A program made the translations under genes and the position numbers. 64,000 bases of DNA, from IMG/VR virus record IMGVR_UViG_3300029362_000615; one strand, written 5' to 3'. Under the pieces are notes generated by a model. That model was not told where the DNA came from and ran no database searches. It saw nothing but the letters and a program-made list of their open reading frames with translations. This stretch comes from a virus. Positions 36,613 to 46,902 of this stretch are shown here, piece after piece (position 1 is the stretch's first letter; the number at the start of each line of letters is the position of its first letter).

Positions 36613-39600
36613 ATGAGTAGCAGTTTACATACGCACTCATACTTTTAGCTTACTCGACGGATTCTCTTCTCCTGAAGAAAATCTAAAAAGAGCATCAGAG
36701 CTTGGTTTAAAAGCCATTGCCATTACGGAACATGGTGAGGTAACAAGCTGGCCGTACTACTCAGAACTAAAAGACAAGTATCCTAGTGTAAAACTTCTTT
36801 ATGGTATTGAGGCATACGAGTGCGAGGACAGGGAAGTCAAGGATAAGAACAGCAAATACTGGCACTTGATCATTATTGCAAAAAACGAAGCTGGCCGTCA
36901 GGCAGTTAATCGTTTATCCACACTTGGTCATCTTCATGGATTCTATAGCCGTCCTCGTATCACAAAAGAGGATATCGCTAAGGAAGATACGAATAATTTG
37001 ATTATCCTGTCTGCTTGTTTGGCAAGTAGGCTATCCAAAACGGATGATTACAACACCTGTATTAAGTTGGTTCAGGAATATAAGAGCTTATTTCCTCACT
37101 ATTATCTTGAGGTTCAGGCTCATGCAAACAGTGAACAAGCAAAATACAACCAGAAAATCATGCGGTTGGCAAACGATACTCACACAAAAGTAGTTGTCAC
37201 AAACGATGTTCATGCTGCTACCAAAGAGGATCTTTATTATCAAGACTACTTCCTTCGTATCGCACATGATACGGAAACTGCCGCAGAAATTTACGAAGGA
37301 TGCTACTTTATGTCTCGTGAAGAGCAACATAAAGTTCTTGATAGCCAGATTGGATATGATGCAGCAGAATGGTGTATCAATAACACTGATGAGGTTGCTG
37401 ACTTGTGTGACTATGTGGATATGCCTTGGCACGAACCTGAACTTCCTAAAATCGAGATTCCTCCACAGTATTCCAACTCAGCAGCTTACTTAAAAGACCT
37501 TGTAAAAGATGGATGGAAGAAACGCAGTATTGACAAGTTTGATGTAGAAAAGCAGAAGATCTATCGTAAGCGTGTTGATGACGAGTTGTTTGTCATTGAG
37601 AAGAAAGACTTCTGTGACTACTTTTTGATTCTGGTTGATTACATTAACTGGTGCAAGCAAAATGATGTCATTGTTGGCCCTGGGCGTGGTTCTGCCGCTG
37701 GCTCACTTGTATGTTACTTGATTGGTATTACGCAGCTTGATTCCATCAAGTATGAACTTGACTTCGGACGATTCCTTACCATTGAGCGAAAAGACCTTCC
37801 TGACGTTGATGTTGATGTCAGTGACCGTGCTAAGGTTGTTGAGTATCTGACACAAAAGTACGGTGAAGATCGAGTAGTTCAGGTTATGAATATCGTGTAT
37901 ACTACTCCGGTTACTTCAATTCAGGATGTTGGTAAGGTGCTCGGTTTCCCGTATGCCGAGATAAGAAAAATCAGTGAGAAGTTCGTTCAAAAGACATGGA
38001 AAGATTGCCTTGAGGCAAATCCAGAAGTGGCTGAAAATCCAAAATACAAGGAACTACTTGATATCGCAAGTCATATCAATGGTCGCCCACGAGGGTATGG
38101 CATCCATGCTGGCGGTGTTATTGTCTGCCGACATCCTTACTATGAATACATCGGTATCCGGCATGGTACTGACGGAGAGCATGTTATTTCCGTTGACAAG
38201 GTGATGGACGAGAAGATTGGACTTGTTAAGTTTGATATTCTTGGTGTTGCGTCGCTGGTTGCCATTGATGAAGCGAAGCGTGAGGATAACATTCCAGACT
38301 GGGAAATTGATATCAACAATCCTGAGTTTGAAAATGACAAGGCATCTTATGATTTGATTTGTTCTGGCCGTACAGACAATTTGTTCCAGATTGAATCGTC
38401 TGGTATGAAAGATCTGGTTGCACAGCTTCAGCCTAGGTCGATTGAAGAGTTGTCTGCTTTGATTGCACTTTATCGTCCTGATGCAATGCCGTCGATTCCT
38501 ACATACGTTGATTGCAAGTATCATCCTGAACATATTCACTACTTCCATCCTGATATGGAACCAATTTTCCGCAGTACCTATGGCGTGAACATCTATCAGG
38601 AACAGAGTATGAAGCTCACGAAGGTCTTTGGCGGTCGAAACGATGCCGGTGCTGACAGAATGCGTAAATGCTTGGCAAAGAAAAAGCCTGAGAAAGTCAA
38701 GGAAGAAGTCGAGCTTCTTCATGATGAGATTATTGCAAATGGATACGACAAAGCGACCGCTGAGTACATTTGCAACGAGTTGTCAACGAAGGGCGGCTAC
38801 GGTTTCAACGCCAGCCATTCTCAGGCATATGCTGTCATCTGCCTTCAAACGGCATACTTAAAAGCACATCATCCACTTGCATTCTTTAAGGCTATGTTGA
38901 ACCTGAATAAAGCAAAGGTTGGCAAGGTCAACAAGATTATGGTGGACGCACGCGGTTTTGATATTCAGATTCTTCCGCCGAGTATCAATCGTTCCGGTAT
39001 GGATTTCACTGTGTCAAATGGCAAAATTCTGTTTGGCTTATCTGCTATCGGTGGTATTGGCAATACACTTGCTGAGGCTATCATTGCAGAGCGAGATATG
39101 AATGGAAAATTTAAGGGGCTTGAAGACTTCACGAGTCGTGTCCGTACAACGAAAGCGCAGATTATTGCATTAGTTAAATCCGGTGCGATTCCTACAAAGA
39201 ACAAACGAGTATTCTTGGAAAAGTACATTGCCAGCGGTTTGGAACAATCTGAGTTTAAGCCAGTCAGTACATTGCCTACCAAGGCAGTTTTGCTGAGTAA
39301 GTGGGATATTGATACAGAGCATTATAAGGTTGGTAAGAAGGTTGATAAAGAAACCGTCCTACGAATCTACAATGAAAAGCGTCGTGTCGTGCATGAAACC
39401 GAGAAGCTGAAAAAGAAAGAAGCATATATGGCCGAGCAGTCAGAGAAGTATTTGAAGGACGAGCAATTCTGGGAGTTCCAGACGTTGCAGACATTTATCA
39501 TCGATAAGAATCCATTTGAAAAGGCATACGAATACATTCAGGATTTCTCTGAAATTGAGGAAGGTGATTCTTGTGTGCTTGTTGGTATTATCGCAAAGAT

Positions 39601-39832
39601 CCAAAAGAAGAAAACAAAGACTGGTATGCAGTTTGCATTTGTAAATCTGTATTCTGGCGATGGTATCATTGAGTTGACCGTATGGCCGAGAGTCTTGTCA
39701 GATTATCAGGATTTGATTGTAAAGGGAAGTCAGGTAGCTGTGCTTGGAAAGAAGGAAGATGAATCGCACGTTATTGCAAACGACTTCAAACCTTACAAAC
39801 AGTGGCTGCATGATAGAGAGATAAAGCAATGA
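36613..39832 (+). CDS. dnaE: DNA polymerase III alpha subunit (DnaE-type, PHP domain plus pol core) with apparent +1 frameshift in a T4 run at 36643-36646
   Basis: MSSSLHTHSYF stop, then SLLDG...ITEHG in the next frame. GPGRGSAAGSLVCYLIGITQLDSIKYELDFGRFL DnaE signature. Confidence 0.85.
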
Positions 39833-40074
39833 ATGATGTTTTATATAATGGTGTTTTATATACTATTGACGGAGAGGTTCTTTGTGAATTTCCTGAATTT
39901 AAAATTGATTGTTACAAAGATAAAACTGTAATTGAGATACATTGTACGAATTGTTGCGTCGTTAGAAAAGTTCAGAAGTGGAAGTTTGACTGCGCAGAAC
40001 AATGTGAGCTTACCACAAAATGGTTTTATTGCAGAGTGTGCGGAGGACTGACAGAATTTAGATTAGGTGCATAA
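39829..40074 (+). CDS. zinc-ribbon protein
   Basis: CTNCC...CRVCGG. Confidence 0.45.
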   Translation: MNDVLYNGVLYTIDGEVLCEFPEFKIDCYKDKTVIEIHCTNCCVVRKVQKWKFDCAEQCELTTKWFYCRVCGGLTEFRLGA

Positions 40075-40089
40075 TAAGAGGGTTATAAA

Positions 40090-42420
40090 GTGGCAGATAA
40101 GAAATTTAATGAAAATATGATCCGTTGCTACATCAGGATAAAACGAGTCTTTTATCCGAAAGATGGGAGGGAGGTGGAGCCCGGCGGCTTCGCCACTTTC
40201 TCCGCCGAGGTGGTAAAAGTCAAGCAGGGAAATCCTATCATGAGCCGATACAGCGACCTCCGGCTAAAAGGCAACGTTCCTAGCCTCGATATGAATAAAA
40301 CTTATTCGTTCTGTGGTGAATATGTTCATCATGAAAAGTTTGGTGATCAGTATAAAATTATCTACATGAATGAGTTTCAAGAGATTACTGACCCGGAAGA
40401 ACAAAAAAGCTTTCTCCGTTTTATTTTGACAGACCATCAGTTTGAGATGCTTTACGAAGCATTCGACAATCCGTATGAAATTATCAAGAATGGTGACATC
40501 AAGGCTCTTTGTACTATTAGCGGTATTACGGAAGGTCGAGCACAAAAGATCATTGACTCTTTTGAACGCAACATTGATAACAGTGAAGCGTACACGAAAC
40601 TGATTGAATACGGTTTGACTCCCAGTGCTATTGAAAAGCTTGTTCGTCAGTATCACGGTGCAGACATTCTGGTAAGAAAGATTGAGGAGAATCCTTACGT
40701 CCTGATCGATGATGTGTATGGTATCGGCTGGAAAAAAGCTGACGCTCTTGCTTTGAACATGGGTCTAAAACACAATTCGCAATTCAGAATCGAAGCTTAC
40801 GTCATGCATTTTCTTGCCGCCCGTGCCGAAGAAGGCAACTCTATCATTCCGGCAAATCAGACAATCAATAGCTGTATCAAGGAACTTGATTTGAACGAGG
40901 GCGACCAAGAAGTTATCAAAAGGGCACTTTTCCATCTGCATGATGTCCGTGAAACACTTTGGTGGAGTGATGACCGTCAGGAATTTGCTTTAACTAGAGT
41001 GTGGAATCTTGAAGATAAAATCGCAAAGGAAATCAAGCGACTGGCGGATGCACCTGTTGAGCCGATTGGTCGAAACATTGATGCAGCAATCAATGAAGCC
41101 GGGAATGCGCTTGGCATCGAGTATACTGAGGAGCAAAGAGATGCTATTAAAAAGGTATGCTCTAGCAACGTCTGTATCTTAACAGGCTACGGCGGAACTG
41201 GCAAAAGTACCGTTGTAGCTGGTGTCTTAAAGGTTCTTCGTGGTAAGTCTTTCGCTCAGACTGCGCTATCTGGTCGTGCTGCAGCTCGTATGCAGGAGAT
41301 TACTGGTCAGGACGGTAAGACCATCCATCGTCTTCTTGGTTATGATATTGAGAACGGTGGGTTTATTCACGATAAGGACAATCCTCTGGATGAGGACATT
41401 ATCATTCTGGATGAGACCTCTATGGTTGGAGCTCAGTTGTTCTATGACTTGATTCAGGCAATCGAAACCGGCAAGCGATTCATTATGATTGGTGATGACG
41501 GTCAGCTTGAGAGTATCGGTATGTGCAACATCTTTAAGGATATGCTTGCATCTAAGGTTGTTCCTGTGGCTCGTTTGACTAAGATCCATCGTCAGGCAGC
41601 TAAGTCTGCAATTATCACGGAGAGTATCAAAGTTCGCAATGCTACGCAGTTGGTTCCTTATGGCTGGGCTGGTAGTGAGATTCGTGGTGAACTTCGTGAT
41701 TTGGAGCTTGATATCTATAAGGACGCAAGTGAATCGTTCAACCACATCATCAATCAGTACCGTACCTTATATAATAAGGTAGGGAATGATAGTGCGAAGA
41801 TTCAGATTGTACTTCCACAGAAGCTGCGTGGCAGTATCTGCACCTACGAGGTCAATAATGCTATTCAGGAAATTGTAAATCCGAGTCATGGTCAGGCAGA
41901 AGCAAAGGTTACAATCTACGGTGATGGCAAGGATAGAGTGTACACTCTGCGTGAAGGCGATCAGGTTATCATCAACAAGAACAACTATGAGCTTCACACA
42001 TACAATCTCAAGACAAAGAAAAAGGAAGAGAAGTGTCCGGTGTTTAACGGAAACCGTGGCATTATCCGAAAGATTGAGAGTAGTTTTATTCTGGTTGATT
42101 TTGACCAGTGGGGCACGATCTTTATTCCTCATTATTTTGGTGGGAATAACATCTGGGCAACGCTTGAACTTGCTTATGCTCTGAGTTGTCATAAACTACA
42201 GGGCAGTGAGGCTCCGTATGTGATTGTTGGTATGGACAATTCCGCATACATGATGTTGACGAGAGAATGGCTCTATACGGCCATCACTCGTGCCAAGAAG
42301 TATTGTGTGATTTGCGCCGAAACTCATGCTCTTGATCGGGCTGTAAAGACTTCGAGAGTTCCATATAAGCGGACGTTCCTGAAGGAATTTTTGCAGAAAG
42401 AATTTTCAGAAAAGCATTGA
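40090..42420 (+). CDS. recD: RecD2-like SF1 ATP-dependent DNA helicase
   Basis: Walker A GYGGTGKST, IILDETSMV, SCHKLQGSEAPYVIV, AITRAKK. Confidence 0.7.
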   Translation: MADKKFNENMIRCYIRIKRVFYPKDGREVEPGGFATFSAEVVKVKQGNPIMSRYSDLRLKGNVPSLDMNKTYSFCGEYVHHEKFGDQYKIIYMNEFQEITDPEEQKSFLRFILTDHQFEMLYEAFDNPYEIIKNGDIKALCTISGITEGRAQKIIDSFERNIDNSEAYTKLIEYGLTPSAIEKLVRQYHGADILVRKIEENPYVLIDDVYGIGWKKADALALNMGLKHNSQFRIEAYVMHFLAARAEEGNSIIPANQTINSCIKELDLNEGDQEVIKRALFHLHDVRETLWWSDDRQEFALTRVWNLEDKIAKEIKRLADAPVEPIGRNIDAAINEAGNALGIEYTEEQRDAIKKVCSSNVCILTGYGGTGKSTVVAGVLKVLRGKSFAQTALSGRAAARMQEITGQDGKTIHRLLGYDIENGGFIHDKDNPLDEDIIILDETSMVGAQLFYDLIQAIETGKRFIMIGDDGQLESIGMCNIFKDMLASKVVPVARLTKIHRQAAKSAIITESIKVRNATQLVPYGWAGSEIRGELRDLELDIYKDASESFNHIINQYRTLYNKVGNDSAKIQIVLPQKLRGSICTYEVNNAIQEIVNPSHGQAEAKVTIYGDGKDRVYTLREGDQVIINKNNYELHTYNLKTKKKEEKCPVFNGNRGIIRKIESSFILVDFDQWGTIFIPHYFGGNNIWATLELAYALSCHKLQGSEAPYVIVGMDNSAYMMLTREWLYTAITRAKKYCVICAETHALDRAVKTSRVPYKRTFLKEFLQKEFSEKH

Positions 42421-42445
42421 CAATTATATTGGTATCCTGTATAAT
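42417..42445 (+). promoter_or_regulatory. perfect consensus sigma-70 promoter TTGACA-17-TATAAT, overlapping the reverse-orientation 23-bp element
   Basis: The helicase stop TGA lies inside the -35 box. Confidence 0.65.
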
Positions 42446-42490
42446 ATAGCTATAAAAAGTCTCCACCTCGGAGGCTTAAAGTTCTCTCTT

Positions 42491-42512
42491 TAGCTATATA
42501 ATGCAGGATACG
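42491..42512 (+). promoter_or_regulatory. 22-bp conserved element (forward) TAGCTATATAATGCAGGATACG, forming a large inverted repeat with the copy at 42431-42453
   Basis: The two arms differ at 2-3 positions. Confidence 0.5.
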
Positions 42513-42523
42513 GGAAAGAAATG

Positions 42524-42555
42524 GCTTGCTCGTAACGACAAGCCTTTCTTTATTA
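42524..42555 (+). terminator. intrinsic terminator/attenuator hairpin GGCTTGcTCG-TAA-CGACAAGCC plus TTTCTTTATT, overlapping the 4-codon mini-ORF MACS (42521-42535)
   Basis: 9-bp stem with T-tract. The stop codon of the mini-ORF forms the hairpin loop. Confidence 0.5.
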
Positions 42556-42581
42556 GCTATAACTATATAACACAGGATACG
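42555..42581 (+). promoter_or_regulatory. conserved element (forward) TAGCTATAACTATATAACACAGGATACG upstream of ligase
   Basis: Fifth forward copy. Confidence 0.45.
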
Positions 42582-42593
42582 CAAGGAGGCTTT

Positions 42594-43922
42594 ATGACAG
42601 ATAAAGAGCTCATAGGTAAGCTTGATGCGATGGTTAAGGCATTGCAGAAAGCAAAGAAGAAGACGGACAAGACCCGCATTTTGCTGGATGCACGTAAGGA
42701 TTTTGGAGATGAAGCTGACGAGCTGATGGCATTTTTCCGATTCCTGCTTGACCCGGCAATTGTTACTGGTTTGTCTGATGCAAAGATCAATAAGAAGGTG
42801 ACTGCAAGACCAGATATCGACGTTCAGTATCTCAGCTGCGGATACCTTTATATTATGGGTGCTGGTCACAATACCGGCTCTGACGCATCTATCGCAACAA
42901 TCCAGAATTATTTACATAAAAATCCTGAGTACGAAGAGTTTCTAAAGCGACTGTTCACTAAGAACCTGCCGATTGGAGTCGAGGCGGCTACTGTCAATAA
43001 GGTGTACGGCGAAGAGATTATTCCTGTTTGGGAGGTTCAGCAGGGATACCCGATTGATAAATACAAATTCAAAAATGGTGAACTTATTTTTGCCTCGCGC
43101 AAATTGAATGGAGTGCGCGGAACTTACTTCCGAGGGAACATTATTTCTCGTCAGGCACAGAAGTTCGATGGGCTTGACCATATTGTTAAGGATATCGAGG
43201 AAATCATCGGTACGGATTACGCAGTTGATGGTGAGTTGATTCGCAAAAATGTAGACGGTTTAACCGATGGTCAAAATTTCCGCGAAACTATTTCTATCCT
43301 CAATAGTGATGGTAACGATAAAAGCCTGATTAAGTTTGTGGTTTTTGATATTGTGCCAGTTAATGAATTCGAGAAAGACGCTTGTACTGAAAAGTATTCT
43401 GTAAGAAAAGCTCGGTTACTTGAATTGGCTGATAATCTTGAACAATGGGAAGATTTTGAACTTAGACCGGCAAATATCGAAGTTGTTCCTATGGTTTATG
43501 AAGGTACGGACGTGAATGAAATCCCGAAGTGGCTGGATTATGCAGTTGAACACGATTGGGAAGGCTTGGTCGTAAATCGTCAGGTTCCGTATCGTCGGAC
43601 TCGTCATAACGGCTGTTTGAAAGTCAAGCGTTTTTATACTGTTGATCTGCGAATCACCGCGATTGAGGAGGGTCAGAACCGTCTGGCTGGTACGATGGGA
43701 GCTCTTGTTGTGGATTATAAGGGTAACGAACTTCGTGTTGGTTCCGGTTTTGATGATGCTACGAGAGCTACCGTTTGGGCGAATCCTGATAATTACATCG
43801 GTAAGATTGTGGAATGTAAGTACAAAGAGGTCACGATGGACAAAAAGACTGGCCTTGAGTCTCTGCAATTCCCGACGTTTGTACGATTCCGAGATGATAA
43901 GAACGAAGTAAGCTACGGCTAA
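42594..43922 (+). CDS. lig: ATP-dependent DNA ligase (phage type; motif I KLNGVR)
   Basis: KLNGVRG (motif I), DGELI (III), EGLVV (IV), LKVKRF (V). Confidence 0.7.
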   Translation: MTDKELIGKLDAMVKALQKAKKKTDKTRILLDARKDFGDEADELMAFFRFLLDPAIVTGLSDAKINKKVTARPDIDVQYLSCGYLYIMGAGHNTGSDASIATIQNYLHKNPEYEEFLKRLFTKNLPIGVEAATVNKVYGEEIIPVWEVQQGYPIDKYKFKNGELIFASRKLNGVRGTYFRGNIISRQAQKFDGLDHIVKDIEEIIGTDYAVDGELIRKNVDGLTDGQNFRETISILNSDGNDKSLIKFVVFDIVPVNEFEKDACTEKYSVRKARLLELADNLEQWEDFELRPANIEVVPMVYEGTDVNEIPKWLDYAVEHDWEGLVVNRQVPYRRTRHNGCLKVKRFYTVDLRITAIEEGQNRLAGTMGALVVDYKGNELRVGSGFDDATRATVWANPDNYIGKIVECKYKEVTMDKKTGLESLQFPTFVRFRDDKNEVSYG

Positions 43923-43932
43923 GGAGAAAGTT

Positions 43933-44262
43933 ATGAATCTTTCTAAGAATACTCGAAAGAGGATTTATAGAACTGTTCTTGCTAATTGTCATATGAAAAA
44001 TGGCGTAATGGTTCCGTTTGAAAGTAGTAGGCTGTCAACTATTTGGAGTTTCTTTGCTGTATCTGATAAGCGATATCCTGGTCAGCTGTATGGTGTGCTT
44101 CGAGACGATAGAATTTGGAAAGACAAGTCGATTCATGCAATTGAGCAAGACATCTTGTCGCCGAAACAATTATTCAACCCGCATTGTCCTATCGAAATCG
44201 GCAAACAGATTGCTGAACGATGGGCTAAATTAGGATATTCGTGGAAGGAGTTTACACTATGA
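43933..44262 (+). CDS. MNLSK-family hypothetical protein, copy 1
   Basis: MNLSKNTRKRIYRTVL. Confidence 0.45.
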   Translation: MNLSKNTRKRIYRTVLANCHMKNGVMVPFESSRLSTIWSFFAVSDKRYPGQLYGVLRDDRIWKDKSIHAIEQDILSPKQLFNPHCPIEIGKQIAERWAKLGYSWKEFTL

Positions 44263-44537
44263 ATCTTTCTAAGAAGTCCATTAAACACATTCTTCGGATT
44301 CTTGATAACAAATGTGTTGAGAATCCATCCAAAACCACAACAATTAGCTTTGGCGGTAATCGAATTCCAACTCGTGAATTCACGCCTAAGAATAAAGAAG
44401 CGTATGGATGGTGGACTATTGTCTATGTTCCATCCGAAGGTTACTTTTGGGGAATCAAGAATGAAATGTCTGAGGAGTTTGGGATGGATTTGGATAGTCC
44501 AGATATCAATTCTCCTGCGCAGCTTTCTGATTTGTGA
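44259..44537 (+). CDS. MNLSK-family hypothetical protein, copy 2
   Basis: MNLSKKSIKHILRIL. Confidence 0.45.
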   Translation: MNLSKKSIKHILRILDNKCVENPSKTTTISFGGNRIPTREFTPKNKEAYGWWTIVYVPSEGYFWGIKNEMSEEFGMDLDSPDINSPAQLSDL

Positions 44538-44545
44538 GGTGTAAA

Positions 44546-44758
44546 ATGCTACTTTTAACGCAAGACGGAGAAATTATAAATCTTGACCGTGTGGCAATCA
44601 TTGATACCACAAGCCTTAATGTTTATGCAAGGCAGGGCATGGGTGAGCGTGGAATTATCCTTGGTAGTTATAACTCTGAGAGTAGATGCTACGATGTTGT
44701 TGCACGTATTTTTGATTGCTATCGGAAAAATGAGAAAGCATACATAATGCCAAAATGA
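44546..44758 (+). CDS. hypothetical protein
   Basis: ATG in track ORF 44534..44758. Confidence 0.4.
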   Translation: MLLLTQDGEIINLDRVAIIDTTSLNVYARQGMGERGIILGSYNSESRCYDVVARIFDCYRKNEKAYIMPK

Positions 44759-44994
44759 ATGATTTAAAAAAACTAGCCATTCCAAAGAAAGAACGACTCG
44801 AAGTTCAACTTACGGATGGCACAGAAGAACACAATATATTGTACATAATTACATCTCTAGCCACTATTAAAGGTGCTGAGATTTTTAAAAATTTTCGTTT
44901 GTATTCTGTAGGCTCCGCCGGGGAGCTCAACTTATTAGAGAAGCGAGACGGCGATCCCTACTTTGATAAGCTGAAAGGAACAGAATATGAGTAA
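44755..44994 (+). CDS. hypothetical protein
   Basis: ORF track. Confidence 0.4.
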   Translation: MNDLKKLAIPKKERLEVQLTDGTEEHNILYIITSLATIKGAEIFKNFRLYSVGSAGELNLLEKRDGDPYFDKLKGTEYE

Positions 44995-45334
44995 TTCGAT
45001 GAATCGAGAAGACCGGCGCAGAGAGCAGCGTAAGGCACGAATTCTTGCCCGGCGAATTAAGAAGGCTGGTGGCCCCGACTTTTTGGCTGGAATGCCCGCA
45101 GAGGAATGGGAGCCAAAGATTGGTGATGAAGTCACTATCAAGGTAAAGAGAATTCAAGGAAAGAAGGATTTCTTTAAGATGAGTCCTCAGTATCAGGACT
45201 TTATCAATAGCCTTGAAGACGGAAAGCCTTATAAGATTACCAGTACCGGCATGAAGGGTCAGGTTTACGGCATTGACGCACATCCTTATTTCCAGATTTG
45301 GAAGGGTGATATGGAACCCTACAAGGAGCCCTAA
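44987..45334 (+). CDS. hypothetical basic protein
   Basis: ORF track; Arg/Lys-rich N-terminus. Confidence 0.45.
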   Translation: MSNSMNREDRRREQRKARILARRIKKAGGPDFLAGMPAEEWEPKIGDEVTIKVKRIQGKKDFFKMSPQYQDFINSLEDGKPYKITSTGMKGQVYGIDAHPYFQIWKGDMEPYKEP

Positions 45335-45591
45335 TGAGGATGTACTTCAGGACGGACTATTATGCTTGTTACTGCGTGGAGTGCTTGAATCAAGTCATTT
45401 TAATGCGAAAAGGTTATTTTTATGATGTGATAGGTGAGGCGGATACTTTTTATCTTGTATGTACAGATAAAGGTGACCCATTTCCACAACCATTTAATAT
45501 CGTAAAAATTCTCAAAGAAGATCTCGAAGATGATGTATATGTCGTGACTAGTAAGAGCGAAAAACTTGAGGAAGGAGGTGGGGCGATATGA
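45334..45591 (+). CDS. hypothetical protein
   Basis: ORF track. Confidence 0.4.
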   Translation: MRMYFRTDYYACYCVECLNQVILMRKGYFYDVIGEADTFYLVCTDKGDPFPQPFNIVKILKEDLEDDVYVVTSKSEKLEEGGGAI

Positions 45592-45791
45592 TTGGTATTG
45601 ACCATCGTGAACAGGGACGTAAAGAACGAGCCCTTGCAGAATATTATAGAACCTTGGCTCGATATCCTACTGAGTGTGGAGATCCGATTACATATCAGTT
45701 GTCAGAAGAGCAGCTTAAACAAGTTCTCTGTGGAGAGGTTACTGTGGATGAGTTGATTGAAAGAAGTGAGGTAGATGAGAGACAGGATTAA
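45588..45791 (+). CDS. hypothetical protein
   Basis: ORF track. Confidence 0.4.
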   Translation: MIGIDHREQGRKERALAEYYRTLARYPTECGDPITYQLSEEQLKQVLCGEVTVDELIERSEVDERQD

Positions 45792-45792
45792 G

Positions 45793-45939
45793 ATGTGGAT
45801 CGCTTTCATTAAGATTTTTAAGGATTATCTTATTGCGGTCGGAATCATGATTGCGTTGTGGCTGCTGTCTTGCCTTATCAAGTATGGGATTTCAGTATCC
45901 AACTTCCCAGATTGGTTTAAGTTTGCACTTCTAAAATAA
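45793..45939 (+). CDS. small membrane protein (48 aa)
   Basis: Hand-translated MWIAFIKIFKDYLIAVGIMIALWLLSCLIKYG. Confidence 0.35.
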   Translation: MWIAFIKIFKDYLIAVGIMIALWLLSCLIKYGISVSNFPDWFKFALLK

Positions 45940-45950
45940 AGGAGGATTAA

Positions 45951-46175
45951 ATGGTAACCGATATTCTTAATAGAGAGATTCATGTTGGCGACACAGTTCT
46001 TAGAGCTAGAACTCGAAATGGTCGTGGAGTTCTTTGGAGTATTCATAAAGTTGTCTCCATTATGAACGTAATGATTAAGATTCAAAACGGAAAGTACACT
46101 TTAAATGTCGCACCTAGAAATTGTATCGTAATTGGTGAGAACGACATTCCTGAAAACTGGCAGGACGAATATTAA
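45951..46175 (+). CDS. hypothetical protein
   Basis: ORF track; AAGGAGG RBS. Confidence 0.45.
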   Translation: MVTDILNREIHVGDTVLRARTRNGRGVLWSIHKVVSIMNVMIKIQNGKYTLNVAPRNCIVIGENDIPENWQDEY

Positions 46176-46185
46176 GGAGAGTTGA

Positions 46186-46902
46186 ATGACTGTTGATTTG
46201 ATCGCGTACACACAGCGAGTTGTTCCTACAAGTGATAAGAATCCTTTAGGTGTTGTGGAGGAAGCTGCGAGTATTTGTTACGATTCTTCAATGACTGACG
46301 ATTATAAGATTGCCAAGGGATGTAAGGCGAGCGGTCACTATTCTGTGCTTGAGCACATCAACTTTACGTTCTACGTCAAAGATGTAAGCCGAGCACTTCT
46401 GGCACAGATTAGTCGCCATCGACATATTAGCATGAGCTGCCGCAGTCAGCGTTATTGTAGCGAGGATGGGTTCAAGTATGTGAACCCGTTTACTGGTGAG
46501 GATGCTGATGTTTTCGATAATATGATGTCTGACATTGATACCGATTATCAGATTCTCAAGAAGTATCACAACGCAAAAAACGAAGATGCTCGTGCAGTTC
46601 TTCCGAATGCTTGCTGCACAGAGTTTTATATTACGATGAACGCTCGTGCTTTGATTGAGATGAGTCATCTGCGGCTTTGCTCCAGGGCTCAAAAAGAAAT
46701 CCGCGAGATGTTTACAAAAATGAAGAAGGAAGTTGTACAGGTTTGTCCTGAAGTAGCAAACTGGATGGTTCCTTCTTGCGAGGCCAATCCGAAGTATCCG
46801 TTCTGCCCAGAAGGTCGTGGCTGCTGTGGCCGTCATCCTCGGTTGGCAGATGTTTATAAACCTATTGAAAAGAACAAGGAGGTCGTTGATGGAAACACTT
46901 GA
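46186..46902 (+). CDS. thyX: flavin-dependent thymidylate synthase ThyX
   Basis: ThyX motif RHRHISMSCRSQRY (RHRxxSxxxxSxRY). Confidence 0.85.
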   Translation: MTVDLIAYTQRVVPTSDKNPLGVVEEAASICYDSSMTDDYKIAKGCKASGHYSVLEHINFTFYVKDVSRALLAQISRHRHISMSCRSQRYCSEDGFKYVNPFTGEDADVFDNMMSDIDTDYQILKKYHNAKNEDARAVLPNACCTEFYITMNARALIEMSHLRLCSRAQKEIREMFTKMKKEVVQVCPEVANWMVPSCEANPKYPFCPEGRGCCGRHPRLADVYKPIEKNKEVVDGNT

